64,000 nucleotides of DNA from Patescibacteria group bacterium (lineage in GTDB: Bacteria > Patescibacteriota > Minisyncoccia > Phycocordibacterales > Phycocordibacteraceae): positions 668,210 through 732,209 of the forward strand of contig JAZJYZ010000001.1 of assembly GCA_040390125.1 (NCBI GenBank), written 5' to 3'. The translations under genes and the position numbers were made by a program. Below the pieces are notes generated by a model that worked only from the letters and a program-made list of their open reading frames with translations, was not told the DNA's origin and did no database searches. Each line of letters opens with the position of its first letter. Position 1 is the stretch's first letter. Shown here in pieces: positions 1 through 9,887 of this stretch.

Positions 1-112
1 CCACAATGGCCATCGCAGTTTCCTTGCGAAAAAAATGTGGATGATACCTATTCCCCGGTGTCGGAATAAAGTAGTTCTTGATGTGCCAAAAGAATTTTTT
101 CATTTTTTTAAA

Positions 113-2062
113 TTATGGCAATGATTTGCCGAGGGATGCACCAACGTTTGCAATGACGCTAGCATCTGCACCAAACGATTGAAGAAGCTCGAGTATCGCT
201 GAAACTTGAGCGTCACTGAGTGTTTGTGTACTCACTGTTGGTGTTTTCTGTACTACCCCCTTATTTAGTATCTCACGTGTCTTGGGGCCAACAACGCCGA
301 CAGAGGGGAGAGTGTTCTTTTCCTGGTACGCCTTCACTGCTTTTTCAGTCAAAGTACCAAAATAAGAAGTGATAGGGCCAGAATACAGACCCTCATCACG
401 AAGTCGCTCTTGTAGAGCTTTCACGTCCTCACCTTTTGAACCAACAATAAGCGTGCGAGTAAAATTGAACGTAGATGCTCCTAAAACACTCCCCTCGTCT
501 GCAACTGTTCCCTCTGACGTACTACTTACTGCACTTACCCCACTGACTACACCAGAGGAAACTGCTCCGACACTGGAAGCACTAGAAATAGGAACTCCAC
601 CGATAATTCCCCCACCGCCTCCACCTCCTCCGCCACTTGAGGCAGGGGTCGGTGTTGGAGTTGGAGTAGGCACATGCACACTCGCAAAATAGGATGCTTT
701 TGTAGTTTGAAACGAACAAAGCCCATCTGCTACAACACAAGTTGTGGAAACTAACCCGTCTTGGGTCCATCCACTCGTGAGATCAAGCGAACGATAGACA
801 GAAAGCGTTGTTCCGTTTAATGCAGTACCAACGTATATATTCAACGTCACTGACTGTGAAAATTCGAGTCCGAACCCCGCAATTCCCCACTGCAGTGCCC
901 CATCAATCAGAGCGTCAGTCGCAACATTAGCGAACGTAGAGCCGTCTAGAGATACGGTTGAAATATCTGCCGGTGATAGAGTGCTGGCGTCGCTCCTCGT
1001 TATTGAGGTGCCAACAGGAATTGCGATTGTGGATGTGCCAACTCCTGAAGCGACCGAGAATGTCGTTGTTGCTGTTTGATCAATAGGCACAATAGCCAAG
1101 GATGAGCTCGCCATAAACGAAAGGAGAGGGTCAGCAAAGGCAACGCTAAAAAGAGACGAGGTTGCAGTGGTGTTGCCAGCCCCATCAAGTGCGTTCACGG
1201 TAAACGTATGTGTGCCCCCTAGAAGTCCACCAATGAGCGACACACAGTCCACAAGTGATACCCCGTCGAGAACACAATCGAGCGTAGTGGTATTCGAATC
1301 AGTTGCAAAAACACTTGGAGTCAAAGACTGACCCGTCGTGGTGGCATATTCAGGGGTAACAATTGAAATAACTGGCACGATGGTGTCGATGTTTGCAAGA
1401 GTAACAGTGCTCGCACCAGTGTTGCCCAAAGAATCGTTAAAAGTAAAAACAAAAGAATCGTTAGAGGTGAATAGGTGTGCGTTCGTATTTATAGATGAAA
1501 ACACCTCTGCGGTAGTGGTTGAAAGAAGAGCACATACGCCTTTATTTGTTGGAGTGGTGGAACTGTATGATAAAAACTCTCCCGAGCGACTCACACACTC
1601 GGCTGAATCGGTAGCGTCCGGAAGAAGAAAGAAGGCAAACTCAGGCGTAGATGCAATGGTCTGCTTCACTGCTGAAACAGAGAGAGACGCTAACACATCA
1701 CCCTCCGTAGCAATTGTTTGAAGTGATACGGTGATAGTGCCGTCAACAAGAGAAGTGGTATCAAAGGAGAAGGAATAGGTTTTTGAATCAAGGCTTGCGA
1801 ACACTTTTTCATCTGTGAGGGTAGTACCCACTGAATCTACCAAGGTGACAGTAGACGTGCCCGACCGAAACGTGCCACCAATACCATCAAGACCAGAACT
1901 CCCACTTACTACTATTGCGGTTTGGTTGAGAGACGTGATGGTGTCCGACCCCCCATCAACCAACATCGATGGAGTTGCGGCAAGCGTAGGGGTCGCAAAA
2001 AAACACACTGCGAAAGCAAAAGAAATGACCCCAAACCAATACACCCTATGAAGACTGGACAC
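113..2062 (-). CDS. Secreted Ser/Thr-rich surface protein with C-terminal peptidoglycan-binding (PG_binding_1-like) domain
   Basis: 649-aa ORF. N-terminal signal peptide MSSLHRVYWFGVISFAFAVCFFATPTLAA. PTPTPTP linker and Gly9 run. C-terminal peptidoglycan-binding motif GSKGEDVKALQERLRDEGLY...VGPKTREIL. Confidence 0.7.
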   Translation of the reverse strand: MSSLHRVYWFGVISFAFAVCFFATPTLAATPSMLVDGGSDTITSLNQTAIVVSGSSGLDGIGGTFRSGTSTVTLVDSVGTTLTDEKVFASLDSKTYSFSFDTTSLVDGTITVSLQTIATEGDVLASLSVSAVKQTIASTPEFAFFLLPDATDSAECVSRSGEFLSYSSTTPTNKGVCALLSTTTAEVFSSINTNAHLFTSNDSFVFTFNDSLGNTGASTVTLANIDTIVPVISIVTPEYATTTGQSLTPSVFATDSNTTTLDCVLDGVSLVDCVSLIGGLLGGTHTFTVNALDGAGNTTATSSLFSVAFADPLLSFMASSSLAIVPIDQTATTTFSVASGVGTSTIAIPVGTSITRSDASTLSPADISTVSLDGSTFANVATDALIDGALQWGIAGFGLEFSQSVTLNIYVGTALNGTTLSVYRSLDLTSGWTQDGLVSTTCVVADGLCSFQTTKASYFASVHVPTPTPTPTPASSGGGGGGGGGIIGGVPISSASSVGAVSSGVVSGVSAVSSTSEGTVADEGSVLGASTFNFTRTLIVGSKGEDVKALQERLRDEGLYSGPITSYFGTLTEKAVKAYQEKNTLPSVGVVGPKTREILNKGVVQKTPTVSTQTLSDAQVSAILELLQSFGADASVIANVGASLGKSLP

Positions 2063-2134
2063 AGATAGAATAGTAGCAAACTGGAGCCAGAAACAGTAGA
2101 CGAGAATGGCTCTATACGGGTATACAATGCAGGA

Positions 2135-2980
2135 ATGAAGCGTTGGCTGATTTCAGTAAGTGTAGTAATACTCATCGCACTACTCTCAACACCTTTGCAG
2201 GTTGCCGCCGAAACAGCTTCCGCAGGGATTCCTGAGGGAAATATTTGGCTTTCGAAAAGGACTCTCACTGAAGGAGAATCGGTTCGCATATTTTTGCCTG
2301 TCTATAATGCGAGCGCAGTAAAGATTTCTGGCGATGCAGTCTTTTCTGTCGATGCGATACAAGTGGGTACTGCACATTTTGAACTTGACGTTGGAAACTC
2401 CACAATAGTATCGAGTCCGTGGATCACAACTAAAGGACCACACTCAATAACGGCACGACTTGAAGGTGCTGTTGACGCAAAAACGGGTACCGAAATCGCC
2501 GTATCAGCAAACACGGAAACACTTGCTGTTGATGTAACTGAACGACCACCTGCACCCGTATTAGTGCAAGCACTTGCGAGTGTTGCTGACGTTGCACAAA
2601 ACACTGCGGCCGCTCTGCTTCCTGTTGTCTCCTCAGTTGCTGGTGCAGTATTTGATCAAACTGAAGAAATAAGAAAAAGTGCAGTAGTTGCACTTGAAAA
2701 TTCGTTGAACGGAACAGATGCTTCATCCGATACAACCGCACCGCAGGGGTTAGTGTTAGGTGCTGAAACATATCGTGCACCTGATCTAGGAAATGGGCTC
2801 GTAGCTTCCGCAATTACTGCACCCGCATCAACAGGTTTCATGCGTATACTCCAGAGCATACTTCTCTTTCTTATAAGTTACGTATGGATATTTTATCCGC
2901 TCTTGATTTTGATTCTTCTTGCAATTTTATATGTCATAGGAAAAGGACTATCCCGCAAGAAAGCAGGGGCTAGGTTCTAG
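2135..2980 (+). CDS. Hypothetical secreted protein with C-terminal transmembrane anchor
   Basis: 281-aa ORF. Signal peptide MKRWLISVSVVILIALLSTPLQVAA. C-terminal hydrophobic helix ILLFLISYVWIFYPLLILILLAILYVI followed by a basic tail. Confidence 0.6.
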   Translation: MKRWLISVSVVILIALLSTPLQVAAETASAGIPEGNIWLSKRTLTEGESVRIFLPVYNASAVKISGDAVFSVDAIQVGTAHFELDVGNSTIVSSPWITTKGPHSITARLEGAVDAKTGTEIAVSANTETLAVDVTERPPAPVLVQALASVADVAQNTAAALLPVVSSVAGAVFDQTEEIRKSAVVALENSLNGTDASSDTTAPQGLVLGAETYRAPDLGNGLVASAITAPASTGFMRILQSILLFLISYVWIFYPLLILILLAILYVIGKGLSRKKAGARF

Positions 2981-3040
2981 CTTCTAGGTGCTAGTTTAAA
3001 TTTCTGAAAGCTAGAAGCTAACAGCTAGCACCTAGAACCT
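2969..3040. repeat. Heptamer-periodic ctag-type, roughly palindromic intergenic element between convergent genes
   Basis: Left arm aggttctag/cttctag/gtgctag, centre tttaaatttctgaaag, right arm ctagaag/ctaacag/ctagcac/ctagaacc (reverse-complement 7-mers). The same design recurs in more than 12 other intergenic gaps in this window. Confidence 0.8.
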
Positions 3041-3053
3041 TTCAAAAGGCTCC

Positions 3054-3869
3054 TCAGAGGAGCATCAATATCGCTACAGCAAGTAAAACCCGATACACCG
3101 CAAACACATACAAGGGGTGTGTGCGGAGGAACTGCAGGAGGAAGTGGATCGCAAGAAGACCGCTCACAAATGCAACAACACTCCCAAGAATGAGCGGAGT
3201 GCCAATGACAGTAAATGCTCCCGCTCCATTAAGTTCAAAAAATTTCTTTAGCCCCGCTCCAAGAATAATAGGCACAGAAAGTAAAAAGCCAAAGCGTGCA
3301 GATGCTTCTCGTGAAAGCCCCAAAAACAGCCCACCTGAAATTGTCATGCCGGAACGGCTCATCCCCGGAATGAGTGCAAGGGATTGAAAAAATCCTATAC
3401 AGAGACTTCTCCAAAAACCTACCGCCTCTACACCAAGAGAAGTTTCCTTACGTTTTGACACATACTCCGCTACAAGAAAGACAACTGAGCCTGCAATGAG
3501 TGCATAGGCTACAAGATGAGTATTTCGAAACAATGTGTCCATGGTCTTCTCCAAAAAAAGACCAAAAATAATGGCGGGTATTGTGCCCACAATAAGTGCA
3601 ATGAGGAGTCGTGAGCTTTCTGCTTCTACAGGTTTCCCCAGCACCCTTTTAAGTGCAGTGTGTGCCAGATTCAATAAATCCTTAAAAAAGTACACTACAA
3701 CGGCAAGAATAGTGCCGAACTGCAACACCGCATCGACAGCAAGGCCATTTGCAGTGTTTGCACCAAGAATCTCCCGTACCACAATGAGATGCCCAGAAGA
3801 AGAAATTGGAAGAAACTCCGTAATTCCTTGCACGAGTCCCAAAATGCTAAAAATAAGCCAATCTCCCAT
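3054..3869 (-). CDS. uppP: Undecaprenyl-diphosphatase (UppP/BacA)
   Basis: 271 aa, multi-TM. Motifs GITEFLPISSSGHL and PGMSRSGMTISGG are characteristic of BacA/UppP. Confidence 0.9.
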   Translation of the reverse strand: MGDWLIFSILGLVQGITEFLPISSSGHLIVVREILGANTANGLAVDAVLQFGTILAVVVYFFKDLLNLAHTALKRVLGKPVEAESSRLLIALIVGTIPAIIFGLFLEKTMDTLFRNTHLVAYALIAGSVVFLVAEYVSKRKETSLGVEAVGFWRSLCIGFFQSLALIPGMSRSGMTISGGLFLGLSREASARFGFLLSVPIILGAGLKKFFELNGAGAFTVIGTPLILGSVVAFVSGLLAIHFLLQFLRTHPLYVFAVYRVLLAVAILMLL

Positions 3870-3915
3870 GGTGCTCTTCGTGGTATCCTATCATGTAATA
3901 CTAACTAGAATTCCT

Positions 3916-4683
3916 ATGCTTGAAAAACAAAATCTCGCCCTCCCTATTGCCATTGTTATTGCAGGAGCACTCATAGGCGGTTCGCTCTTCTTTGTGGGGC
4001 GTACGAATGCACCGGCTACGGATACCACACCCGCAGTCGCACAAAAAGACATACCCGGCGTAACTTCTGCAGACCACAGTATGGGTAGCATTGATGCACC
4101 AATAGTCATTGTTGAATACACCGACCTTGAGTGCCCGTTCTGTAAACAGTTTGATGGCACGATGAAGCAAGTAGTTGCAAATTATGGTGGCAAAGTTGCA
4201 TGGGTTACCCGTAACTTCCCTCTTCAGCAACTCCATCCAAATGCACCAAAGCTCGCGCTCGGAGCTGAGTGTGTTGCATCACTTGGAGGCAATGATGCAT
4301 ATTGGAAATTCCTTGATTCTATCTTTCTCCAAGCACCCATCAACACCTTCTTCGACATGACCAAGCTCACATCAACTGCTGAAGGTGTCGGAGTAAATGG
4401 AAAAGAATTTAATACATGTGTTGCGAGCGGAACATTCCAGGAAAAGATAACCAACGAATTCAACGATGCAGTGGGTGCCGGAGGCCAAGGAACACCCTTC
4501 TCTGTTATTGTCCTCAAAGACGGAATGTCGAACAGCACCAAGAAAGCCCTTGGAGATCTTCAAGCAACTCTCCAGCCTGGAACTCTCTTAGTATCCAAAG
4601 GAGGTAAGCAAATCGGCATGGGTGGCTCCCAGCCTATGGAAATAATCCGCAGTGTGCTCGATGTACTTCTGGCAGGAAAGTAG
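3916..4683 (+). CDS. DsbA-like thiol:disulfide oxidoreductase (thioredoxin fold), membrane-anchored
   Basis: CPFC active site in IVEYTDLECPFCKQF, with an N-terminal TM helix. The ORF track starts at 3535, which would overlap uppP on the opposite strand. The ATG at 3916 (MLEKQNL...) is taken as the start. Confidence 0.75.
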   Translation: MLEKQNLALPIAIVIAGALIGGSLFFVGRTNAPATDTTPAVAQKDIPGVTSADHSMGSIDAPIVIVEYTDLECPFCKQFDGTMKQVVANYGGKVAWVTRNFPLQQLHPNAPKLALGAECVASLGGNDAYWKFLDSIFLQAPINTFFDMTKLTSTAEGVGVNGKEFNTCVASGTFQEKITNEFNDAVGAGGQGTPFSVIVLKDGMSNSTKKALGDLQATLQPGTLLVSKGGKQIGMGGSQPMEIIRSVLDVLLAGK

Positions 4684-4692
4684 CATTTAAGA

Positions 4693-4769
4693 AGGTGCTA
4701 GCTTCTAGGTTCTAGGTGCTAGCTTTAACTTCCGAAAGCTAGAACCTAGTACCTAGTCCCTAGTACCTC
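4693..4769. repeat. ctag-type heptamer-periodic palindromic element between convergent gene ends
   Basis: aggtgctagcttctaggttctaggtgctagc - tttaacttccgaaagc - tagaacctagtacctagtccctagtacctc. The arms are near-reverse-complements built from NNNctag 7-mers. Confidence 0.8.
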
Positions 4770-5594
4770 TTATAGTCTGAGTCGGTAGATGTCAAAAGAA
4801 TTCTCGCCTTCGAACATGTCTGAAGGGTTTGGAAGGTACATACGCTCCCTGAGTATTTCGGCACTCGCATCATTAATGAGTCGATGAAATACTTCGAAGT
4901 CTTCTTCACATTCCTTAAAATCCAATACGTAGCGACGCATCTGGGATGAGCCATCGGCATTCTTTCTCTTTTTGCACTCGTACACAATGAAACGCCTGAC
5001 TGGTTTACCAAAAAGAGCTCCGACGGTGTAGTAGTTAAACATCGCCTGCAGTACAAAAAGTGGTTTATTGGCACCACTCTTACTGAATGAATCAACAAAT
5101 TTGTGATCCACAATGTCGACCGCTCCTTTTTCAACACGAGATTCAACCACTAAGTCAGAAATCGCTTTCACCGGGAGCGGTAGTCCTGGAACTTCTGCCA
5201 TACCCATAACTTCAATCCCTAAGACTTTATGTTTTGGTGGACGCTCTAAATAGAAAGACACTGCTTGCAAGTAATCTTTCTCCATCGAAAGCCTTTTCTC
5301 TTTTTGTGCTCGCTTACTCTTTGCTTTACCAAACTGTACTTCAAAGTCCGGAACATTTCGTAGGTACTCCAGCCCTAATGCGATAGACGCTTCTTTTGAA
5401 AGTCCGCTATAAAAATGCTGAAGCGCCACGTGCCCAGAGCGTCCAATGATGCCTGCGGGCGTGGACGGCGTGTCTCGCACATTTTCAACATACCGCTTGT
5501 ACCACGCCAGAGGGTTCCTCAAGAAGGATATCAAGGAAGAATGGCTCCAGTGTTTTATGGGATACTTTGATTTCTTACTCGAAGCCTTTTTCAC
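4770..5594 (-). CDS. PD-(D/E)XK (RecB/Cas4-like) nuclease-fold protein, hypothetical
   Basis: 274 aa with a GTG start. N-terminal HWSHSSLISFLRNPLAWYKRY resembles the RecB-family nuclease N-motif. VDIVDHK resembles the hhDYK catalytic motif. Assignment rests on motifs only. Confidence 0.5.
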   Translation of the reverse strand: MKKASSKKSKYPIKHWSHSSLISFLRNPLAWYKRYVENVRDTPSTPAGIIGRSGHVALQHFYSGLSKEASIALGLEYLRNVPDFEVQFGKAKSKRAQKEKRLSMEKDYLQAVSFYLERPPKHKVLGIEVMGMAEVPGLPLPVKAISDLVVESRVEKGAVDIVDHKFVDSFSKSGANKPLFVLQAMFNYYTVGALFGKPVRRFIVYECKKRKNADGSSQMRRYVLDFKECEEDFEVFHRLINDASAEILRERMYLPNPSDMFEGENSFDIYRLRL

Positions 5595-5658
5595 TTATTC
5601 ATTATACCTGTAGGGCTTTTGGCTTACAGGTTTTGGCTTTTAGGGAGATAAGGAGATA

Positions 5659-5696
5659 GAAAAAATAAATAACCACTACAGTTAACTGCAGTGGTT
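5659..5696 (-). terminator. Intrinsic terminator (hairpin aaccactacag-ttaa-ctgcagtggtt then a U-run on the minus strand)
   Basis: 11-bp stem with one mismatch and loop ttaa. Plus-strand A-run 5659-5670 gives the U-tract for minus-strand transcripts. It lies just downstream of the 5720..5938 ORF. Confidence 0.55.
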
Positions 5697-5719
5697 ATTG
5701 TTCTAATTAAATACTGCAA

Positions 5720-5938
5720 TCACCCCTTGAGAATCTCCCGCATCACATACTCCCCGACATGCCGTGCAGCTACAGCTACACCAACAATAGCCATAAACGC
5801 AGTTATAGCAGATGCCACGAAAACGGGAGTAGCCCACCCAAAAAATAATGCTTTACGAGATATAGCATTCAGTTTTTTTGAAATTTCAGTGGAAAGTCCA
5901 GCGGGAAGATTTTCAGGTTTTCCTGGTGTTTCAGACAT
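5720..5938 (-). CDS. Small membrane protein (72 aa), hypothetical
   Basis: ATG start. One central TM helix ALFFGWATPVFVASAITAFMAIVGVAVAA. Followed by the terminator hairpin at 5671. Confidence 0.4.
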   Translation of the reverse strand: MSETPGKPENLPAGLSTEISKKLNAISRKALFFGWATPVFVASAITAFMAIVGVAVAARHVGEYVMREILKG

Positions 5939-5953
5939 ATGATCTATATTGAA

Positions 5954-5975
5954 ATGTGGGGATTGTTCCCCACAT
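5954..5975 (-). terminator. Possible terminator hairpin downstream of rpoD
   Basis: atgtgggg-attgtt-ccccacat, an 8-bp GC-rich stem 70 nt past the rpoD stop. The following U-tract on the minus strand is weak. Confidence 0.3.
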
Positions 5976-6042
5976 ACTCATTATATCATATATATTACAT
6001 TTATCAATAGCTTATGCGGGAGACCTCGTAGGTCCTACATAT

Positions 6043-7323
6043 TTAGTATGAGCGGAGTCTTTTGGCTTTGCCGTGAGTGCGGATTTTTTCAAGTGCTTTT
6101 GCTTCAATCTGACGAATACGCTCACGAGTAACACCAAACTCCTGCCCTACCTCTTCGAGTGTGTGGTAAATGCCATCTTCAAGCCCATGACGCATTGCCA
6201 AAATTTTTCTTTCTTTTGGTGTGAGATCGCCCAAGATTTCGTGAAGCTGTTCAACAAGAATGCGATGAGCTGTTTCTTGGTCAGGCGTTGGGAGTGAATG
6301 GTCTGCAACGAAGTCACCACGAGCTGAGGCATCGTCATCATCCGATGAGCTGATAGGTGCCTCCAAAGAGAGTGTCTCTTGGTTGATTTGTTCAATCTGG
6401 TAGACCTTCTCAACATCGACACCCATCTCTGCAGAAATTTCTTCGGGCATCGGATCACGACCGAGGTCTTGTTCGAGTCTTCGTACTATTTGCTTGTACT
6501 TGGCAATCGTCTCCACCATGTGCACCGGAATACGAATAGTGCGTGATTGGTCCGCAAGAGCACGAGTGATGGCTTGTCGAATCCACCACGTAGCGTACGT
6601 AGAAAACTTATATCCTTTAGTGTAATCAAATTTATCAACGGCCTTGAAGAGTCCTAAGTTCCCTTCCTGAATGAGGTCGAGGAGTGACAAGTCCGATGAA
6701 CGTGATGCATATTTCTTTGCAATGGAAACAACGAGGCGAAGGTTTGCTCTCGCAAGAAGATTCTTTGCTTCTTCATCTCCTTCGGTGATACGTTTTGCAA
6801 GAGCTCGCTCTTCAGGACCCGTGAGGAGTGGATACTGGCCGATCTCACGCAAATACATTTGAATAGAGTCGTGTGCCGAGCCCTCGCCCCTGTAGCCCCC
6901 ACGCATTACCACCTCATCAGGCACTTCTTCGAGCATTCCACCTGACTCCAAGACATCAACACCTGATGTTGAAAGTCGCTCGTAGAGCTCTTCAAGAAAG
7001 ACTACATTCTCTTCGATCGTTGGAAATTCCTTTAAAATTTCATTGTACGTAACATAGCCACGCTCCTTACCTTTACCAATCAGACGTGAAGCTTTTGTCT
7101 CAAGAAGAGCACGCTTCTTACCAGAGAGTGCTTTAGCGGGCTTAGGTGCCTTTACCTTTGCTACCTTCTTTGCTGGTGCTTTCCCTTTGCGGAGCGGGAC
7201 CTTCTTTGCAGGCTTACTCTTTTGCTTCCCTGCTGGACGCACGACCTTCTTCACCACCTTTTTGCGGGGAGACGCCTTAACTGGCTTTTTTACCTTTTTG
7301 GATGTTGTTTTTTTCTTTGCCAT
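6043..7323 (-). CDS. rpoD: RNA polymerase sigma-70 factor RpoD with Lys-rich N-terminal tail
   Basis: Regions 2-4 are conserved ([57 protein letters not shown]). The N-terminal ~75 residues are KKxK/AKK repeats instead of an acidic region 1.1. Confidence 0.95.
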   Translation of the reverse strand: MAKKKTTSKKVKKPVKASPRKKVVKKVVRPAGKQKSKPAKKVPLRKGKAPAKKVAKVKAPKPAKALSGKKRALLETKASRLIGKGKERGYVTYNEILKEFPTIEENVVFLEELYERLSTSGVDVLESGGMLEEVPDEVVMRGGYRGEGSAHDSIQMYLREIGQYPLLTGPEERALAKRITEGDEEAKNLLARANLRLVVSIAKKYASRSSDLSLLDLIQEGNLGLFKAVDKFDYTKGYKFSTYATWWIRQAITRALADQSRTIRIPVHMVETIAKYKQIVRRLEQDLGRDPMPEEISAEMGVDVEKVYQIEQINQETLSLEAPISSSDDDDASARGDFVADHSLPTPDQETAHRILVEQLHEILGDLTPKERKILAMRHGLEDGIYHTLEEVGQEFGVTRERIRQIEAKALEKIRTHGKAKRLRSY

Positions 7324-7349
7324 AGATGAAATATTAGTGAACTCTATCC

Positions 7350-9149
7350 TTAGTGGAGCTTCAAAGCAAGCACGCTGAGCTCCTGCATGAGCGTCTCAGT
7401 TTTCGAATCATCATGTGCCATTTCGGCGACCCGCAATGATGCAAGAACTTCACGATAGCGTTCATGCCGAGATTCTTTCAAAAGTGCATCATACACTTCC
7501 TCGACCGCACTCTGTCGAAGCGATTCATCTTCATGACGCTCCAGAAAGAAATCGGCTTCGAATAATGCGGCACTGGTGTCCGTCGGGGCTTCGAGCAATA
7601 ATCGCAAACGCTCTTCGGAAAGCGCCCCCTTGAGGGCATTCAAGGCTAACTCGGCACCCGACTCATCTTTCTTTTCCTTATAGAGAAGTAGGAGCCCGAA
7701 TACAAGACGCTCGAGCACATCACCTCGTGACAAGAAAGGCTGGGACTGCGTTAGTACTGAGTTCTGAGTACTGAGTACTGAGCTCGGACTCTGGACTCTC
7801 GACTCTGAACTCTGAACTTTTTTAAGTTCCGCAATCACCGCATCCTCTCCAACTTGAAGCACTTCTGCAACACGCTTAATGAAATGTGCCTGGTCTATTT
7901 TGTGAGGAATCATTGCGACGTACGGTAGAACGGTACGGGAAACTTCAAGGCGGAATGTTCGTGCGTCATACTTAGCATCCGCAATGTGTGCAAGGTAAAA
8001 ATCAACCACGTGAAGAGCTCCTTTGACCGCCACTCTAAATGATTCTTTGTTTTCGAGAAGCATGTCTGCAGGGTCCTTCTCTGGGGGGAGTTTTACTATT
8101 TTTACGTCGAGACCAATCTGTAGCGCTATGCCAGCGGCACGCCCTGCAGCCGAGATGCCTGCCCTATCACCGTCATAGGCTATGAGGAGGTTACCGGTGT
8201 AGCGTTTTATTATTTCTGCGTGTGGAAGTGTAAACGCAGTTCCTGAGGTTGCGAGTGCGTTCCGATACCCTGCTTGGTGAGCCATGAGTAAATCAAGCTG
8301 TCCTTCAACGAGAAGTGCCGCACCGAGCTCTCGAATACCGTCACGTGCACGGTCAAGACCATAGAGTGCACGTGATTTATCGAATACAGGAGTTTCCGGA
8401 GAATTCAGATACTTGGCTTGCGGGTGCTTTTCATCGTCTTCAAAAATGCGGCCCGAAAACCCAATAACTCTCCCTGAAATATCCTTAATGGGAAACATGA
8501 TGCGACCACGAAACCGATCGTACGTCCGTGCCAAAGGCACGGACGAGTTCTGAGTTCCTAGTTCTGAGTTCTGAGTTAACTCTGGACTCGGAACTCTAGA
8601 CTCTGAACTTTCCTGCTGTTTCACTAGTCCCGCACGCTCCAAAAGAGCATCATCAAAATTCTTTTCAAGCAAAAAGTCCCGGAGACTATGCCACGCATTC
8701 GACGCATACCCCAAAGACCATGAAGATATAGTTTCTTCTGTTAACCCTCGCTTCGTGAGGTAGGTAAAAGCGTCTGGCTTTTCTTTGAGGGTCGCAGAGA
8801 AAAAACCATTAGCTGTTTCAAGAACAGAATACAAACGTTCACGCAAATCACGCTCACCAGGTTTCTCATCTTCTAGAGGGACGCCTGCTTTTTCTGCCAG
8901 CATTTTTAAGGAACCGCGAAAATCCACTCCTTCCATCTCTTGTAGGAATGTAAACATATCGCCTCCTTTGCCTGAGGAAAAACAGTGATACAAACCTCGG
9001 TCAGGAGAAACAAAAAATGAAGGGGTCTTTTCTTTCGTGAATGGAGAAAGCCCCTTGTAGTACTTCCCCGCACGTGTGAGCTTCACGTACTGCTGTACCA
9101 CTTCAAGAATAGTGAGTCGTTCCTTAATTTTATTGACGGTGTCGCTCAT
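7350..9149 (-). CDS. dnaG: DNA primase DnaG
   Basis: CHC2 zinc finger [15 protein letters not shown] and TOPRIM region EGQLDLL / YDGDRAG. Contains two in-frame low-complexity insertions (listed as repeats below). Confidence 0.9.
   Translation of the reverse strand: MSDTVNKIKERLTILEVVQQYVKLTRAGKYYKGLSPFTKEKTPSFFVSPDRGLYHCFSSGKGGDMFTFLQEMEGVDFRGSLKMLAEKAGVPLEDEKPGERDLRERLYSVLETANGFFSATLKEKPDAFTYLTKRGLTEETISSWSLGYASNAWHSLRDFLLEKNFDDALLERAGLVKQQESSESRVPSPELTQNSELGTQNSSVPLARTYDRFRGRIMFPIKDISGRVIGFSGRIFEDDEKHPQAKYLNSPETPVFDKSRALYGLDRARDGIRELGAALLVEGQLDLLMAHQAGYRNALATSGTAFTLPHAEIIKRYTGNLLIAYDGDRAGISAAGRAAGIALQIGLDVKIVKLPPEKDPADMLLENKESFRVAVKGALHVVDFYLAHIADAKYDARTFRLEVSRTVLPYVAMIPHKIDQAHFIKRVAEVLQVGEDAVIAELKKVQSSESRVQSPSSVLSTQNSVLTQSQPFLSRGDVLERLVFGLLLLYKEKKDESGAELALNALKGALSEERLRLLLEAPTDTSAALFEADFFLERHEDESLRQSAVEEVYDALLKESRHERYREVLASLRVAEMAHDDSKTETLMQELSVLALKLH
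7750..7815. repeat. gagt(a/t)ct / gactctg heptamer mini-element inserted in frame inside dnaG
   Basis: agtactgagttctgagtactgagtactgagctc-ggactctggactctcgactctgaactctgaact, translated on the minus strand as [23 protein letters not shown]. Confidence 0.75.
8545..8618. repeat. Second copy of the gagttct/gactctg mini-element inside dnaG
   Basis: gagttctgagttcctagttctgagttctgagttaactctggactcggaactctagactctgaact, translated as [23 protein letters not shown]. Confidence 0.75.
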
Positions 9150-9150
9150 A

Positions 9151-9191
9151 GATTAGCCACTAGCCATTAGAGTTTAGCCACTAGGGTTAGG
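9151..9191. repeat. tagccac/tagggtt heptamer element overlapping the 3' end of the HAD gene
   Basis: gattagccactagccattagagtttagccactagggttagg. It encodes the last residues (LTLVAKL) of the HAD protein and fills the dnaG-HAD gap. Confidence 0.7.
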
Positions 9192-9790
9192 ATATCTTCG
9201 AAATCCTGGAAACAATAGTCGGCGTCGGGTGAAGACTTCCACATGAGAGCAGTCTGAAGCCCAAGGCTTTTTGCAGGTTTGAGTTCTTTTTCGACGCTAT
9301 CCCCCACAAACAGTATATTCTCTGCTGGTAGGTTTGAGAGCTGAATCATTAAATGAAAGCCATCGAGTGCGGGTTTCGGATTCTTAACTTCTTGAGGGCC
9401 CAAGAGATGTGTGAACCATGCCGAATCTATTCCTAGAGCGGGAAAGAATTTGTCTGCTTGAACATTAGAAAAGATTGATATGGGAACAATTTCTCTGAGA
9501 CGCTGTAATACATCAGGAATGTTGGGGTTAGCGAGTTTTAAGAGGGATTCTGGATCTGCCGAAGCATACCGCTCCGACCAATACCCATCAGGTAATCCTA
9601 AAGAAGCAAAGATTGCCGAATGGCTTTTATGTTTCTCGAAAAGCGATTCGTATTCTTCAATCAACTCCGGCGTAACGGGCTTACCAACAACATCCGCATA
9701 CGAACCATAGCGCAATTTTGCATGTGCAGGCTTATCCAAGCGAACAATCGTCTCGCTAAAATCAAACCAGATGTGTTTAATGGAGCCCAT
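9167..9790 (-). CDS. HAD-superfamily hydrolase-like protein
   Basis: 207 aa. Motif I-like IWFDFSET and motif III-like FVGDSVEKE. Family assignment only. Confidence 0.6.
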   Translation of the reverse strand: MGSIKHIWFDFSETIVRLDKPAHAKLRYGSYADVVGKPVTPELIEEYESLFEKHKSHSAIFASLGLPDGYWSERYASADPESLLKLANPNIPDVLQRLREIVPISIFSNVQADKFFPALGIDSAWFTHLLGPQEVKNPKPALDGFHLMIQLSNLPAENILFVGDSVEKELKPAKSLGLQTALMWKSSPDADYCFQDFEDILTLVAKL

Positions 9791-9878
9791 AGAGATATAG
9801 AAGGTAGAGCGTAGAGCGTAGTCGGTAGTTAAGAGTAGAAAGACTAAGTCGTTTCTAATTTCTACTCTCTACCCACTA
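9791..9878. repeat. gtagagc / ctctac heptamer-periodic element between the HAD start and the rpoC end
   Basis: tagaaggtagagcgtagagcgtagtcggtagttaagagtag ... tttctaatttctactctctacccactac. Same 7-nt periodic, half-palindromic design as the other intergenic elements. Confidence 0.7.
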
Positions 9879-9887
9879 CATTCTTGC

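Noticed and set aside
3535-3915. Upstream 127-codon extension of the DsbA-like ORF
   Set aside because: It lies entirely antisense within uppP and has no thioredoxin-domain content. The protein's TM anchor and CPFC domain start from the ATG at 3916.
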